DNA of 64,000 nucleotides from Euprymna scolopes (Eukaryota): NCBI GenBank assembly GCA_053919585.1, contig CM132787.1. One strand, 5' to 3'. Within the stretch, counting starts at the first letter, position 1; each line of letters starts with the position of its first letter. The notes beneath the pieces are model-generated. The model had not been told where the DNA came from, searched no databases, and was given only the letters and a program-made list of their open reading frames with translations. Below, piece by piece: positions 27,428-40,212 of the stretch. The position numbers were made by a program, and so were the translations under genes.

Positions 27428-28140
27428 AATGGCCAACGATTCTTTATCTGCGAGTCCATCTTTCAAACTCCTTGGCCTAACGTTCACAGGAAACATGAGT
27501 TGGAACAATTACATTGAAGGCATTGCCAGGGCCGCTGCCAGAAAGGTGGGCTCTCTCTACCGTGCTAGAAAACTACTAACATCCGAAAGTATCCTGTACC
27601 TCTATAAGGCCACCATTCGCCCATGTATGGAGTATTGCTGCCACATCTGGACTGGTTCATCTGCTACTAGTCTCTCGCTCCTTGACAAGGTTCAAAAGAG
27701 AGTCGCAAACCTGATAGGCCCTGAACTGGCATCTAAGCTTCAGCCTCTGTCCCATCGACGAAATGTTGCATCCCTCTGCCTTTTCTACAAGTATTTTAGT
27801 GGTGAATGCTCTGACGAACTGCAATCACTTGTGCCCCCACTACGTGAGCACCCTCGACAAACCCGACAGGCTGCTAAATCCCACCCCCATACTGTAGAGA
27901 TCCCTAGATGTAAAAGATCTTTTTACTCCAATAGTTTCTTCCCCAGAACCGCTAGACTCTGGAATTCCATTCCAGGTCCCTGCTTCCCCAACAGTACTGA
28001 CGTGCAGAAGTTCAAGTGTAACGTGAACCGACATCTTGCTGCCCAAATTCCTACATAGTACCCCAGTATTTGTTGCCCCGGATAGTAGCCCCCTACACCA
28101 AAGTGGCAATTTGCCTTGTTTGGGCTGAAAAATGTAATAA
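27428..28140 (+). mobile_element. 5'-truncated CR1-group family A 3' end
   Basis: The 209-aa ORF at 27429-28058 is nearly identical to the C-terminus of ORF 16800-17840; same 3' tail. Confidence 0.93.
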
Positions 28141-28802
28141 ATATATATATATATATATATATAACAGTGCTCTATATATAAAGGAATAAATTCAGAAAAC
28201 ATATAAAAACGTAACAATAGTGAGAAAACGATATTGTTTTTGCACTAACCTAATTTATATATTTATATTTTTATTCATAATATTTTATTTTGTCTTACAC
28301 TGAATTTGTTTCATTGCTTACGAATACCACACAACTCATCCTCGATAATTAATATGATCATCGGAAAAATACAAACAATGAAGAGGGTAAAACATATGAA
28401 AATGAATGAAGGCATATGATTCATAAAAATGTACTCATTCAACATATAACTGGCATATTACAAGAGAGATGACAGAAGTAGTTTTAGTCATACGCTGATG
28501 CTTTAGTGTTTAAGGTATCATGTTTAATCTTCTATAATTGTAACCAGGACTACGGATTTTGATTTCAAATCTAAAAGATAGAAAACTTAACATCTAGATG
28601 ACATTTTCTTAAGTGTTATTAATAAGGAGCTATTTACGTAACATTATTAGACAACGACGAAAGTGATTCCCGCTTATTTAAAACTAACATTTCCTAATAT
28701 CTTAGAAACTACGCGTAGGCAGCAATTGTAACCATAATTTTTGTTTTCAGCGCCACCAAAAACCTGGAAAACTGATAATGTTAAATGATTTTTTATCTAT
28801 GG

Positions 28803-28866
<64 letters not shown>

Positions 28867-29247
28867 CACATTCTATATAACTCACCTAAAAAAAAACACC
28901 CTTATAAAAAATACCGATAAATTAAGCTTTAGTTTATAGGTAAATGACATTGGCTACATAAAGTTGTGTATTTACAACTTTTCAAGATTGCACACATATT
29001 AACTTTGTATTTTACTTTTTATCTTGTTTTACTTTGCGGAGGGAGATTTTTTACAACCTTTTCATTAACTCATTCCCTTACTTGCGTTTTTTCATACTTC
29101 GATCACAGCCTCCACGGGGGCCACGAGTGCCACTGTCCGCAATTGGCCAGGGATAGCAGTAACCACCAACAACAACCGTACTTTAATGTTTTACGAGGGG
29201 GGATCATGCTTCCACCGGGCAACGCCGGTTAATTGGTCTTGCTAGTG

Positions 29248-29304
<57 letters not shown>

Positions 29305-30209
29305 CATGTCTACTGAAAGACAGATATGTGGACTCAGTTCAAAATACGTTTATAAAGTATATTTGTAGTCGTTAAAATGTCAGGAAAAACGAATAACGAA
29401 TTCTTATGACGAATGGTATATTAATCTCAAAGCAACTCGTCTTTACTCGTGTTAGTTGATTACTTAGCTACCATTTATTATTGAATTCAAGTGATATTTG
29501 CCAAGGCAAAGATGTTACTGACATATGAGCCTCTGCCAATTCATTGTCAAGATCAAATATTTGTTTTGTATGTTTAATTTGTGCAAAGATTCAACACCGA
29601 TTTCGGATTAAATCGAAAGCAGAGTGTTGTAAAATGCTTTGAAGAATCTATATAATTATAAAACTCAAATGACCTTGTAACGAAGGATGTACTCTACTTT
29701 CCGGTTTACGACATCCGGTTGCGCATGCGTGCAATAAGCATTAATCCATAACAACGTAAACAAATAAACACAAATCACTTCTTTTGCAGATTTTGACCTG
29801 CGCACTGAAATATTAACGTTATTATTTCGAAATTATTATTTAACATGGAAAGAGTGGGGGTGTTTTACAACTATTCTTTATTAAAACAATGCTGTCGCTA
29901 TTTTCTTACAACTAAACAACTTTAACCCGTTAACAAACATAAGAACAATTGTAGTAAAGCCAAGACTACTACTACAACTACTACTACTACTCGCTATCCG
30001 TCTCTTTTCCTTCCTTCATTCCATCCTTGCTTCTTTTTTTTATTTTTTGTTTACATTTCGAGATACAAAATAGTTGTGTGAGAACGGTGAATTTCTTGAC
30101 ATATTTACTAACCTGTTTCAATATTAGTTTTATTTTATTTTTTTTATTTAGGTTTTAATTTTTTTTTTGCTTCAGATTTTATTAATTATTTTTATTTTTT
30201 TATTTTAAG

Positions 30210-30265
30210 TTTCTAACTTTGTTGAAGGATTCCAATATGGGTTTTCATTTTTATATTTCTCATCG
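30210..30265 (+). other. Candidate short host exon (56 nt)
   Basis: Long T-rich tract ending in AG at 30208-30209, ATG at 30237, and CG|GTAAGT donor at 30266. Confidence 0.3.
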
Positions 30266-30839
30266 GTAAGTTCATGTGCGTTTTTGCTGCTAAATGACTT
30301 TCGTCGATGTTCGATTCGTAGGAAAATCATGTTTAATTTTCGATTTTTGAGCGATTATTCGGAAAAATAGGTAACCTTACACGAATAGGGAGGATTTTTT
30401 TCGTGGTTGAGTGATCCATCCGTAATTTTATATTTTAATATACTTTCATAGAAATGTTTCTGTTATGTCAAAAAAAAACTATTTTCTTTACGTCACAAAT
30501 GTCACGCTCATACATGAATTCCATAGCTAATATAAACTACTGACACAACGGGTCAGGGTAGTCTAGTATATTATATTTTTTTAGAATCGAAATAAAACTA
30601 ATTATTAAATAGAAAAAATGTGTTTTACTATTTGGTAGTGAAAGTTTAAATCAAAATTAACATTATTCCGTAACGAATTTAAGATATAAAAAAAAATAAA
30701 AAAGTAAAATATTTCTTACCAGCTTATTACAGTCTCTACCTAATGCATGTTTACATATGACTCCACACTGATTGATTATAATGATATCGTATTTCTGTTT
30801 GTTTGTTCGATTGGTTGTTTGTTTACAATTTTGTTAATA

Positions 30840-32117
30840 CACGGTGTCCCAAAAATCACTGAAGCGTTCAAATCTTTGTCTTTTACCATCAATGATTATT
30901 TGTTCTCTTGTTCATATATTTTAAATATATTTTTGAAATTAATAGCATTGACCAACGTACGAAAGTTCTGAAATTGTTTTACCAAAATCAGGCATCAATT
31001 GTTTCGACTCAAAGAGCTTATCCACGGCATTTTCATGTAAGAGAGAGTCGCAATACAGTTCGAAAAATTTTGCGCCGATTTGAAAACCTAGGAGCTATAC
31101 TTGATTTTCCGCGAGCTGACAGACTTCGAAACATCATCACAAATGGGAACGGGTGCGAGAAAGTGTGGAGCAGCATGTTGAAATCAATTCGACAACGTTC
31201 CACTCAACTTGGGATCTGCCAAATCTCACTACACAATATTCTACACAGTATAAAACTCTTTCCTTATAAAGTGCAGCTTTTTCAACACTGATAGCCTGCA
31301 GATTTTCAAACAAGGGTTTAATATGTAAGTAATTATCCGAAAATGTTTTTGCAAAAGTCGATTATATCAGATGAAGCCCATTTTAATTAGAATGTATTCG
31401 TTAACAAACAAAATTAGATATTGGGGCTCTCAAAATCCGAGAGCAATTCATCAAAAGCAGTTGCATCCCATAAAGTGCATTGTATGGTATATAGTAATAA
31501 AGGAGAAATTGTTGGACATTATATATGTTTTGAAGATTAAGACGAAAATGTTGTCACTCCTACTGAAGAGAGATACCAGACTATGATAACAGAACTCCTG
31601 TGACCTCAAATTCAAAATAGGCCTCGATTATAGTTCCAACAAATGTGGCAATGGCACATATGGCGAGAGACATGATGGAGTTTCTCAGGCAATGCTTGGC
31701 GACAAGATTATATTATCACAATGGCAATATCAAGTGGTCAGTCAACACGTTTCCCAAACTTGACACGCCGCGACTTTTTCTTGTGAGGATATCTTAAAGA
31801 AAAAAGTCTATGTTAACAAATCTCACATTCTGTAGGAATTGACGGAAAACATCAGGAACAAAATAAAGCACTTAAATCGCAATCAAGAAATTCTTCAATC
31901 TGTCATAAATCATGTTTTGGAAAGAACACTAACATGCGAAGCTGAAAATGGGCAACATTTAGAAGACACTGTTTTTCATAAATATAGATTGTGTATTTCG
32001 CATTTAAATAAAATTCTCAATGTCTTCGACAGATTGTGCTAAAATTGCAGAAAGATATCATTAAAAGTAGATGATCTATTTAAGTTCTAATCCTTCAGGA
32101 ACTTTTTGGACACCCTG
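30840..32117 (+). mobile_element. Full-span decayed Tc1/mariner-superfamily transposon, rosa/DD41D-like
   Basis: TA-CACGGTGTCCCAAAAA ... TTTTTGGACACCCTG-TA; motifs FPYKVQL, SDEAHF, RYWGSQNP, QLHPIKCIVW and DFFL*GYLKEKVY. Confidence 0.88.
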
Positions 32118-32689
32118 TATATACATTATGTTTCAAAAATAGATTTTAATACTTACAACGGACACTTACATACTTTTATTCCTGCGTGAATTCTATACAT
32201 ATATACTAGTTATTCAGAATAAATCAACATCCAGTAAGTTATCTAATTTGCATATATTATTAAACTAACTTGATAATTACTTCTAAGTTTTCATTGGAAA
32301 TTAGTACGATAAGTTTTTAGTATTGTATTAAAAAAGAAATAGAGTTCAGTTATTTAATTTTTAAATTTAATTTATATACAATTTATTTTTAATTATTATT
32401 ATAACCAACATTAACAAACCGAAGAAACTTTTTATTTAACCTTTGAGTTATTTGATTTTAAGTTATTATATTACGACTGGAAGTTAGAATTTTGCTTATC
32501 GCTAGTTTGACCACTTTTTCATAATTCACGAGATCAGACACAACTTACCTTAAAGAAGCAGATAGAAATTTTTTACACATCTTGTACAAGTTGGTGAAAC
32601 ATTGCATGGGCCTCCATTGTTTTTGTTACATTCGTTTACTCATGCGTATCTGTCGCCATAATATAAAGACATATGAATAGATTTTATGT

Positions 32690-33862
32690 TGAGCCCAATC
32701 AAATTAAAACAATGAAACAATACAATATTCGCTGAAACACAATTTCAACCATAAATTCTATAAATGTAAATAAATTCACAAGTATTGTATGGAGCAATAC
32801 AAATATACTTACTTAATGACGTTGGAAACGAAATCCGATGAACCCGAACTGATAGAATCATAAAAGTAGTTAAAATTTAAATTATAAAGTAAAATATCAT
32901 GTATGTTTCAAGATAAAAGTTAATCATTCTATTAATTACAGACTCGTAAAGTGTGCTAATATATCAAAAAAATAATAGGTAAATAATAATATAAATATAT
33001 AAAAATAAATAATTGCATGTTCACGTTGTCATTTATCAGTATAAATATACATCGGTTTTGCATGAGGAGGGATGACTGTGAATTTATTTTTACCTGATTT
33101 TAGCATAAATTGCAGCCGGGTAATGGGTGCCTCTACATAAGCTCAGACTAATAGAGAAAATTTCTAGAACATGGTTGTCAGTTGAACGATTTTAAATTTA
33201 CACATAGATAAACAATACTTGAAGGGAGGGAGTAAAAGTAATTATTAGGTTGGTGCAAAAATAATTTTGTGTTTATATATAGTTGGATTAAAAAAAAACA
33301 CTATTTTTTGCACCAATAATAATTGCTTTTAATTCCTCCCTTCAAGTATTGTTTCTCTGTGTGTAAATTGGAAATTGTTCAAATGACGACCATCTTTAAT
33401 TTTAGAAATTAGGTTCGAATCACAAAAGAAGAAATTTATTTGATTTTATTGAACTTTGCGCGAAGGTCAAATAAGTCACTAATTAGAACTTTATGCTTGC
33501 CAAAAGGGTAATTACCAACTATAACTAATAGAGTTCATAATAAGCCGAATACTAGGAAACATATTTTGCGCATCTAATTATGGCTGGTATCAATCTAATA
33601 ATTTCTTACACGTCATTTAAAATAGGTTTATTGTTGGGGAATAGTATAGATTATCATCTCAAGAGAAGAGCATGAGCTAATAATTATTTCGCAACTAAAT
33701 CCATTATACAGGTGAGAACTGTGAAAATTCAATAGAGTTGTATATATAAATTTTTATACTTACTGTTGATAATAATATTACTAGTAACTAACTGTGGGAT
33801 TTAAGCCGTTAAGAAAAACAATATGCAAACTGTAATAACGTGCGTAGGGCCATAAACACACT

Positions 33863-33870
<8 letters not shown>
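32690..33870 (+). repeat. Unclassified dispersed repeat, copy 1
   Basis: Collinear with 44905-45670 (aaattaaaacaatgaaacaata; tcaaataagt.actaattagaactt). Confidence 0.8.
33171..33393. repeat. Inverted repeat (arms about 75 bp) enclosing a mini-mariner of about 75 bp
   Basis: 33171-33247 is the reverse complement of about 33315-33393; the loop is TTAGGTTGGTGCAAAAATA...TATTTTTTGCACCAA. Confidence 0.85.
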
Positions 33871-33935
<65 letters not shown>

Positions 33936-33942
<7 letters not shown>

Positions 33943-35290
33943 AAAATATAACACGGAAATTACATAATTGTCGATGCAATAATTTATTTCAACCTTATGG
34001 TATTTTCAAGCATCTAAACTAGACAATTACATTTTTGATACTGAAAGAAAGAAAGAAAAAATCGGGCCTCGACCGTCAAAAAACCAGAGGGAGTGGTAGT
34101 AGCAATCCACTTAATACATTTTATAGAGAGGGTGTGAGGGATTTTTTAAAAGAAAAAACAACAACAAAAGAAAAAACAACAAAAATATTATGACACTTAT
34201 AAACGGCAGCTCGATGTAACCACAGATACACACACACACTCACGCAACACACATACACACACCCACACACACATACACACACACGCCCCTAAATATGCAC
34301 GTTCTTACACGTAAATGCCTTGACACGCGTTTACTAACCGAGGAAGAAAGGGGAGAAATATACGGATATAGAGAGAAAGGAATAGAACAGCGGGTAATGG
34401 AAAAAGAAAAAGAAAAAAGAAGAAAAAAGAGGCGACAGTGACCAAACGCTGCCTGTCATATGGTTTCATTAGTCTAGAATCTCTGAGAAAGATAAGGGAA
34501 AGAAAATGATTATACTCGCGTCCTATAGTTAATTGAGTCATGGAAAGTAAGTCTATTAAAAGATAAATAAAAAAAAATATATACAAAGTTTTAAAACTAT
34601 CTGTATGTTATTATGTTAAAATTAGTTAGAAATAAATATTATCTTATAATACATTAAAATATTGTATTTGTAATATATTACTATGAATTTAAAAAATTGA
34701 GTTTTATGTAGTTAATATTTTATATATTTTTATGTAATTAATTTTATTGGTGATTATAGCGGTCGTTGTAATTTTGCTCACTAATATTTCACTTCTTAAT
34801 TGATTAAGAAGCAGAAAATTGCAATATTAGCCGCCCCCAATTCGATAAGACGTATCTAGTTTCGGTTAATATATACTTTTATTCACTCCGTACACAAAAG
34901 CACTTTCATGCACGCATAAAGAAATAAATAAAATAGTTAGGGGCGTGTGTGTGTGTATGTGTGTGTGGGTGGGTGTATGTGTGTTGCGTGTGTGTGTGTG
35001 TATCTGTGGTTACATCGAGCTGCCGTTTATAAGTGTCATAATATTTTTGTTGTTTTTCTTTTGTTGTTGTTTTTTTCTTTTAAAAATCCCTCCCACCCTC
35101 TCTATAAAATGTATTAAGTGGATTGCTACTACCACCCCCTCTGGTTTTTTGACGGTCGAGGCCCGATCTTATCTTTCTTTCAGTATCAAAAATGTAATTG
35201 TCTAGTTTAGATGCTTGAAAATACCACAAGGTTGAAATAAATTATTGCATCGACAATTATGTAATTTCCGTGTTATATTTTTTATCTTAT
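33936..35290. repeat. Long inverted repeat (foldback): arms about 355 bp, spacer about 645 bp
   Basis: 33936-34292 and 34937-35290 are near-perfect reverse complements, including the CA/TG microsatellite. Confidence 0.95.
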
Positions 35291-35352
35291 TGCTCTGTTT
35301 ACCACATTGAGCTCTCATACCCGGATTTCCTCCTGGAATGATTCCATTATAA

Positions 35353-35404
<52 letters not shown>

Positions 35405-35424
35405 TTTATTTATACAAACATTGA

Positions 35425-35488
35425 TGGCTACATATGTGCATACATGTTTCTGTAATCACCTGCGTTGGGGGATTACGTCTTCAGGCCA
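35425..35488 (-). ncRNA. Type I hammerhead ribozyme fold (Penelope-type), left copy
   Basis: UGGC CUGAAGA C GUAAUC..GAUUAC A GAAA CAUGU-AUGCAC-AUAUG UA/ GCCA. Confidence 0.68.
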
Positions 35489-35856
35489 AGAATTATCGTC
35501 GAGAACTAATATATCAAAAACATTTTCTTATTTTGTCTTTGAAGGTAATAAACATCATTTTTATTTACCCTTATTATCATATTCCCTTTTTAAGTTTATC
35601 TATCCCATCTTTTGATTTTTATGGCATAAGGTACTTGAGAATTTAGTATTTTTGTCTTGCAGTCCGTAAACTAAAACCATCCTTATAGCCATTGAGTACT
35701 GACCGTAAAAAAGGGAACTAAAAAAGATGTTTATTACCTTCAAAGACCTCACTTGTCCCCTCCCCGCTCATAACGCCCACACATGCTACATTTTTACTGT
35801 GTAAACGAAATAAGAAAATATTTTTGTTTGAAATATCAGTTCTCGACGATAATCCT

Positions 35857-35920
35857 TGGCCTGAAGACGTAATCCGCCAACGCGGGTGATTACAGAAACA
35901 TGTATGCACATATGTAGCCA
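35857..35920 (+). ncRNA. Type I hammerhead ribozyme fold (Penelope-type), right copy
   Basis: Stem I UGGC/GCCA, core CUGAAGA at 35861-35867, stem II GUAAUC/GAUUAC, GAAA at 35895-35898, stem III ACAUGU/AUAUGU, cleavage triplet GUA at 35914-35916. Confidence 0.7.
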
Positions 35921-36039
35921 TCAATGTTTGTACAAATAAATTTAATATACCTGCTCATTGAGCACTCTTTGGTAGACACCTGTTGTTTTATTGGAAGTAC
36001 TTCTAGAAAACTAAACTCTCATCTGGATAAATATATATA

Positions 36040-36075
<36 letters not shown>

Positions 36076-36626
36076 TGTATGCATATATGTGTCAATTGTA
36101 TTATTATATTGTTTTTATAATTCATCTTTTCTTTTCAGTATCTTTGTTTTTACCTAAATAATGTTCTATTTCTAGGCTAATGCATCTATATTTATTTTTA
36201 GTTTTGAATGGCATGTTCCGCACTTCAAGCTAACATTTTCAGACCCTTATAAGCCATATATATTATTATTTTTTTCAAAAAAATTGTTATGATAACATTG
36301 TTAAGTTAACATTACAGAGTAATGTGAGTAAATATTTATTCTTAATATTTTTATCATTCTAAAACATATTTTAGCTAAAAATCTTTTTGCTTTGACTAAT
36401 CATAATAATTGTCGACCGGCACACATTTCGGCATTGCCAGTCAATATCTAAAGTTATATGTTTATACATTGATGTCAACTAATAAAATATACAAATCTAT
36501 ATATACACCATACTACAAATGATGAATGTATATTTATTCGATTTAAAAAACAAAACAATTCTAGCGACATCACTTAACGAGTATAAAGTATCTGTAATAT
36601 ATACTTAATACTACTGCTTATTATTG

Positions 36627-36666
<40 letters not shown>

Positions 36667-37339
36667 TTATTACACATATATGCATATGTATATGTATATA
36701 TCTGGTGGAACTTATTTACATATAACAACTATACTTATATTACATGCATGTTATTGGTTGCATGGTACGTCTTAAACGTGTTTTCTTTGAAGGTTTTAGA
36801 TTGACCATCAACAAGTAACGGGTAAGACATACCATGCAATCAGTAAACTAATATGGACGTTTTATTAATACCGCTGTAGTATAGAATATTTTTACAAATT
36901 ATATATATATATATACTCTGAAAATGCTGTGCATTTTAATTGAGCTTAAATAACTTCTTTATATATATATTGTTATTTGTATATTTTTAAAAATATTTTC
37001 AAAGAGATTTATTTAAAAGAGAATTATCATCTGCAAAATATGGTCAAATCAGTTTTTTAATCGAAAATTAAATAAATAAAAGGTATTTGCATAAAATAAA
37101 TTATGCAACCTTGGAAAATATTATTTTGATCAAGTTTAACTTGAAATTACAGAGCGGAATAAAAGCTAGAAGTTACAGTGAATATTAGAGATTATAAGTT
37201 CTGACTTCTAAGCGATATTCTAATTTTTTATATTATAATTTGACTTTTACCTGCATCAGGTGTTTTACAATGATGTATATTAATTAATTGATAATTTCTC
37301 CTACCCTATTGAACGATAAAAGTGTCGTCCAATAAAAGA

Positions 37340-37712
37340 CGACATGATTCTATGTCTGCTTGATTTAAACCGCTTTATTTTTGTGGCAAACGATCTACAA
37401 GTTGGCCCATACGAAGAACGATAGCAGCCTGCTATCGTGTCTGAAATACACAACTAGCGAGATAGAAGATGCTCTGTACCACTTATGCTGATCTAAGTAA
37501 TGAAAGCATGACAATTTCCAGCATCCTTAAAATGCAAACCCAACGCATCGGGCATTTGGTTTCAAGAGAGTGCCACATAATGCCCACTCACATCTTCGAG
37601 AGTAAAGACCATAGTGTATCTGAATGTGCTGAAGAGTGTGCTTATCCCCTGATGCAATCAGGTGGCAGCTGGAAGACCCTGGGTGTGGCAGCAGGACTTG
37701 GCGTCGACCCGG
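37340..37712 (+). mobile_element. Fragment of a maT/DD37D-like Tc1/mariner transposase
   Basis: Frameshifted HIMPTHIF...VYLNVLKSVLIP...VAAGRPWVWQQD. Confidence 0.6.
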
Positions 37713-37900
37713 AAGTCCAAAGATTCCCAGCTTTGACTTTAAAGATAATTTTTTTTAATAGTATAAAATTCAATTACCTCTAATTGTATGCTCAAGATCG
37801 GGACAAAAGTAAATTATTACCGTAGTCTATATTTTTTTTCACTCTCCGTGAAAGGAAATGAAGACGTTTATGACCTGAAATAGTTGGAGCATATCAGAAA

Positions 37901-38174
37901 CATAATGTCTAATTTAAGTTGTTGTCACATAAATAATGAATATATGAGCGTTAACTTTGTTTCTGATACATAATGTCTAATTTAAGTTGTTGTCACATAA
38001 ATAATGAATATATGAGCGTTAACTTTGTTTCTGATACATAATGTCTAATTTAAGTTGTTGTCACATAAATAATGAATATATGAGCGTTAACTTTGTTTCT
38101 GATACATATTGTCTAATTTAAGTTGTTGTCACATAAATAATGAATATATGAGCGTTAACTTTGTTTCTGATACA
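37901..38174. repeat. Near-perfect tandem repeat, 68 bp x 4
   Basis: Unit CATAATGTCTAATTTAAGTTG...CTTTGTTTCTGATA starts at 37901, 37969, 38037 and 38105. Confidence 0.97.
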
Positions 38175-38439
38175 TTAATGGCTTTTGATAGGCTTTACAT
38201 CAGCTTTACTTCATTAGCATCAGTTAATTATGACATATATAGCAATGTCCTCTCAGCCATACATTCCTTGCTATACGATAGTTATAGAAAAGTTGATGGC
38301 AAGAAGTTTCGATGAATGACTTCAATCTAGATCAGACACTTAAATACAAAGTGTTGCTAACGTTGCTGAAAATATAATTGTCTCATTGTATTTTTGTTTC
38401 CAAAAATTACTTACCTGACAAATTCTCTTGCCTCTATAA

Positions 38440-38950
38440 AAGTTAAATATGTCTTAGAGATAAATCAGTATCCGGCCCGGACTTTGGAAGAGTAAAAGCC
38501 GATTTCGCAACTTATAGATGGATATTCCCTATTATACAATTTCTTGCACACAAATAAGATGCGTTCGGCGTGATCTACTGTATTGTTATATACATGGTAA
38601 GTTATAAACAAAGCTCCAGTTATGTGATAAAGTATTCTAAGAAATAATTCGTAACACTTATATTCCGTCGACGAAAGTGCCTGACTTATCTGACAAGCGA
38701 AAATATCCCACCCCTTTATTGTTGATGTATGCTAGATGACGGAAAGCGTTCTACTCTAATAGTAACTTTCCTCGAACTGGTAAACTTTGGAATTTCTACC
38801 GCATTTTCTGCTTCCCTTTCTATAATAACATGCAGAAAGCTAAAGGTAATGTGCAAACGCATCTCGCTGCTAACTCACTATATAAGGCACGCTCCCAGAC
38901 AGTAGGCGCTTATTTTTATAATGTTGTCGACACACTTGCTATGCAGGCAG
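38440..38950 (+). mobile_element. Old CR1-A-like 3' fragment, copy 1 of a local direct repeat
   Basis: Contains ttctgcttccc...catgcagaa..taatgtg; starts taaatatgtcttagagataaa, as at 40216. Confidence 0.6.
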
Positions 38951-38974
38951 CGTTGTGAAGAATTTTGTCTTTTT

Positions 38975-40210
38975 GCCACAAGTCCGTCTTGGAGATTTCC
39001 AATCACAGATCATGTCAAAGTGGAACATCGTAGAAAACACTCACTGTGAACCATGCTTATACTTGTCGTTTCTCCAGTTTTCTGCTAGAATTCATGGATT
39101 AGATCGAAACATCGTAAGCAGAAAGCCGTACTCAATGGCAAGATTAACGTTAACGTCTTGGCAGCAAATCTGAACCAAGACGTATTATTATTCAAAGGAT
39201 TTGTGGAGAGGAAATAGGGCATCAAAATGCTGGAAATATATTTTTCAGAAAATTTTATATATACAAATGAAATAAAAGAAAAAAGCAAGCCCGCAGCGGA
39301 AATAGCCAAAAGACTCGGACAACATACACTAAGACCTTCGATTGCAGAATGGGCCAACCAACAGCGTGCCAAGTATTTCCTGGGTGAACAATCACAGGAA
39401 TATTTAGATAAAGGCAGCTCTATAGATTGGTTTAAGAAGGGATTTCTTCACTATGATCAGAAGAGAATTATAATGGTCGCTGAAGACCAAGGCATGATGA
39501 CCAATGCTTTTCAAAACATGAGTTGTTTCAGCAATAACTACAAGAGCAGGTTTTCCACACAAAAGTAGAGAGTGTGAGCCACCTGACATCCAGTTGTAAA
39601 GTCCTGTTGGGGGACGGCTATTATACAATGCAACACAGTGGAATGTGTAAATATTTCCACTGGAAAATTTGTAAAAACTTGAATATCCAATGTAGCAGCA
39701 AGTTTTGGGAACATGTTTACCAGAAATAACAGTTCGAAATAAGTCATACACCATCCACTATGACTACGAAATTCCTACAGCCACATACCTAGAAAATGTG
39801 GCTAATCAGCCTGACATGGTTATATGGGACAAGAAGAAAAATGTGGTAACCCTAGTTTAAGTAAGCGTCCCTAATGATGCTGGCCTTAACAGAGCAGAGA
39901 GGGAGAAAATAACAAAATACCAAGGACTTATGCACGACATGAAAAGAAACTGGAATCTTAAGAACATATCACTCGTATCAGTTATCATAAGCAACTGGGC
40001 TTATGAAAAAAAATTTCAAACACTATCTGGTGAATATACCCGCTGTACCAAGTGCAAAAGAAATACAAAAAATAGCACTAAAAGGGACGGTTAGAATCTT
40101 TAAAAACATTTCTTGGTTAGAGTAACTAAACTAATGGGAGAATGCTTGGCATCCGGTAGAATGTCCCATCTTAAGGAAAAACAAAGTGATAAGAAAATTA
40201 AAACCAAACA
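38975..40210 (+). mobile_element. 5'-truncated R4/Dong-like non-LTR retrotransposon (zinc-knuckle region plus RLE)
   Basis: IMVAEDQG, ESVSHLTSSC, KYFHWKIC, NQPDMVIWDK, VSVPND, REKITKY and EIQKIALKGTVRI. Confidence 0.85.
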
Positions 40211-40212
40211 AG

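Larger units (their letters stand above)
35399..35949. mobile_element. Penelope-like pseudo-LTR pair in inverted (divergent) orientation
   Basis: 35399-35563 is the reverse complement of 35718-35949 apart from one indel. Each arm has a hammerhead fold followed by AATAAA. Confidence 0.7.
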
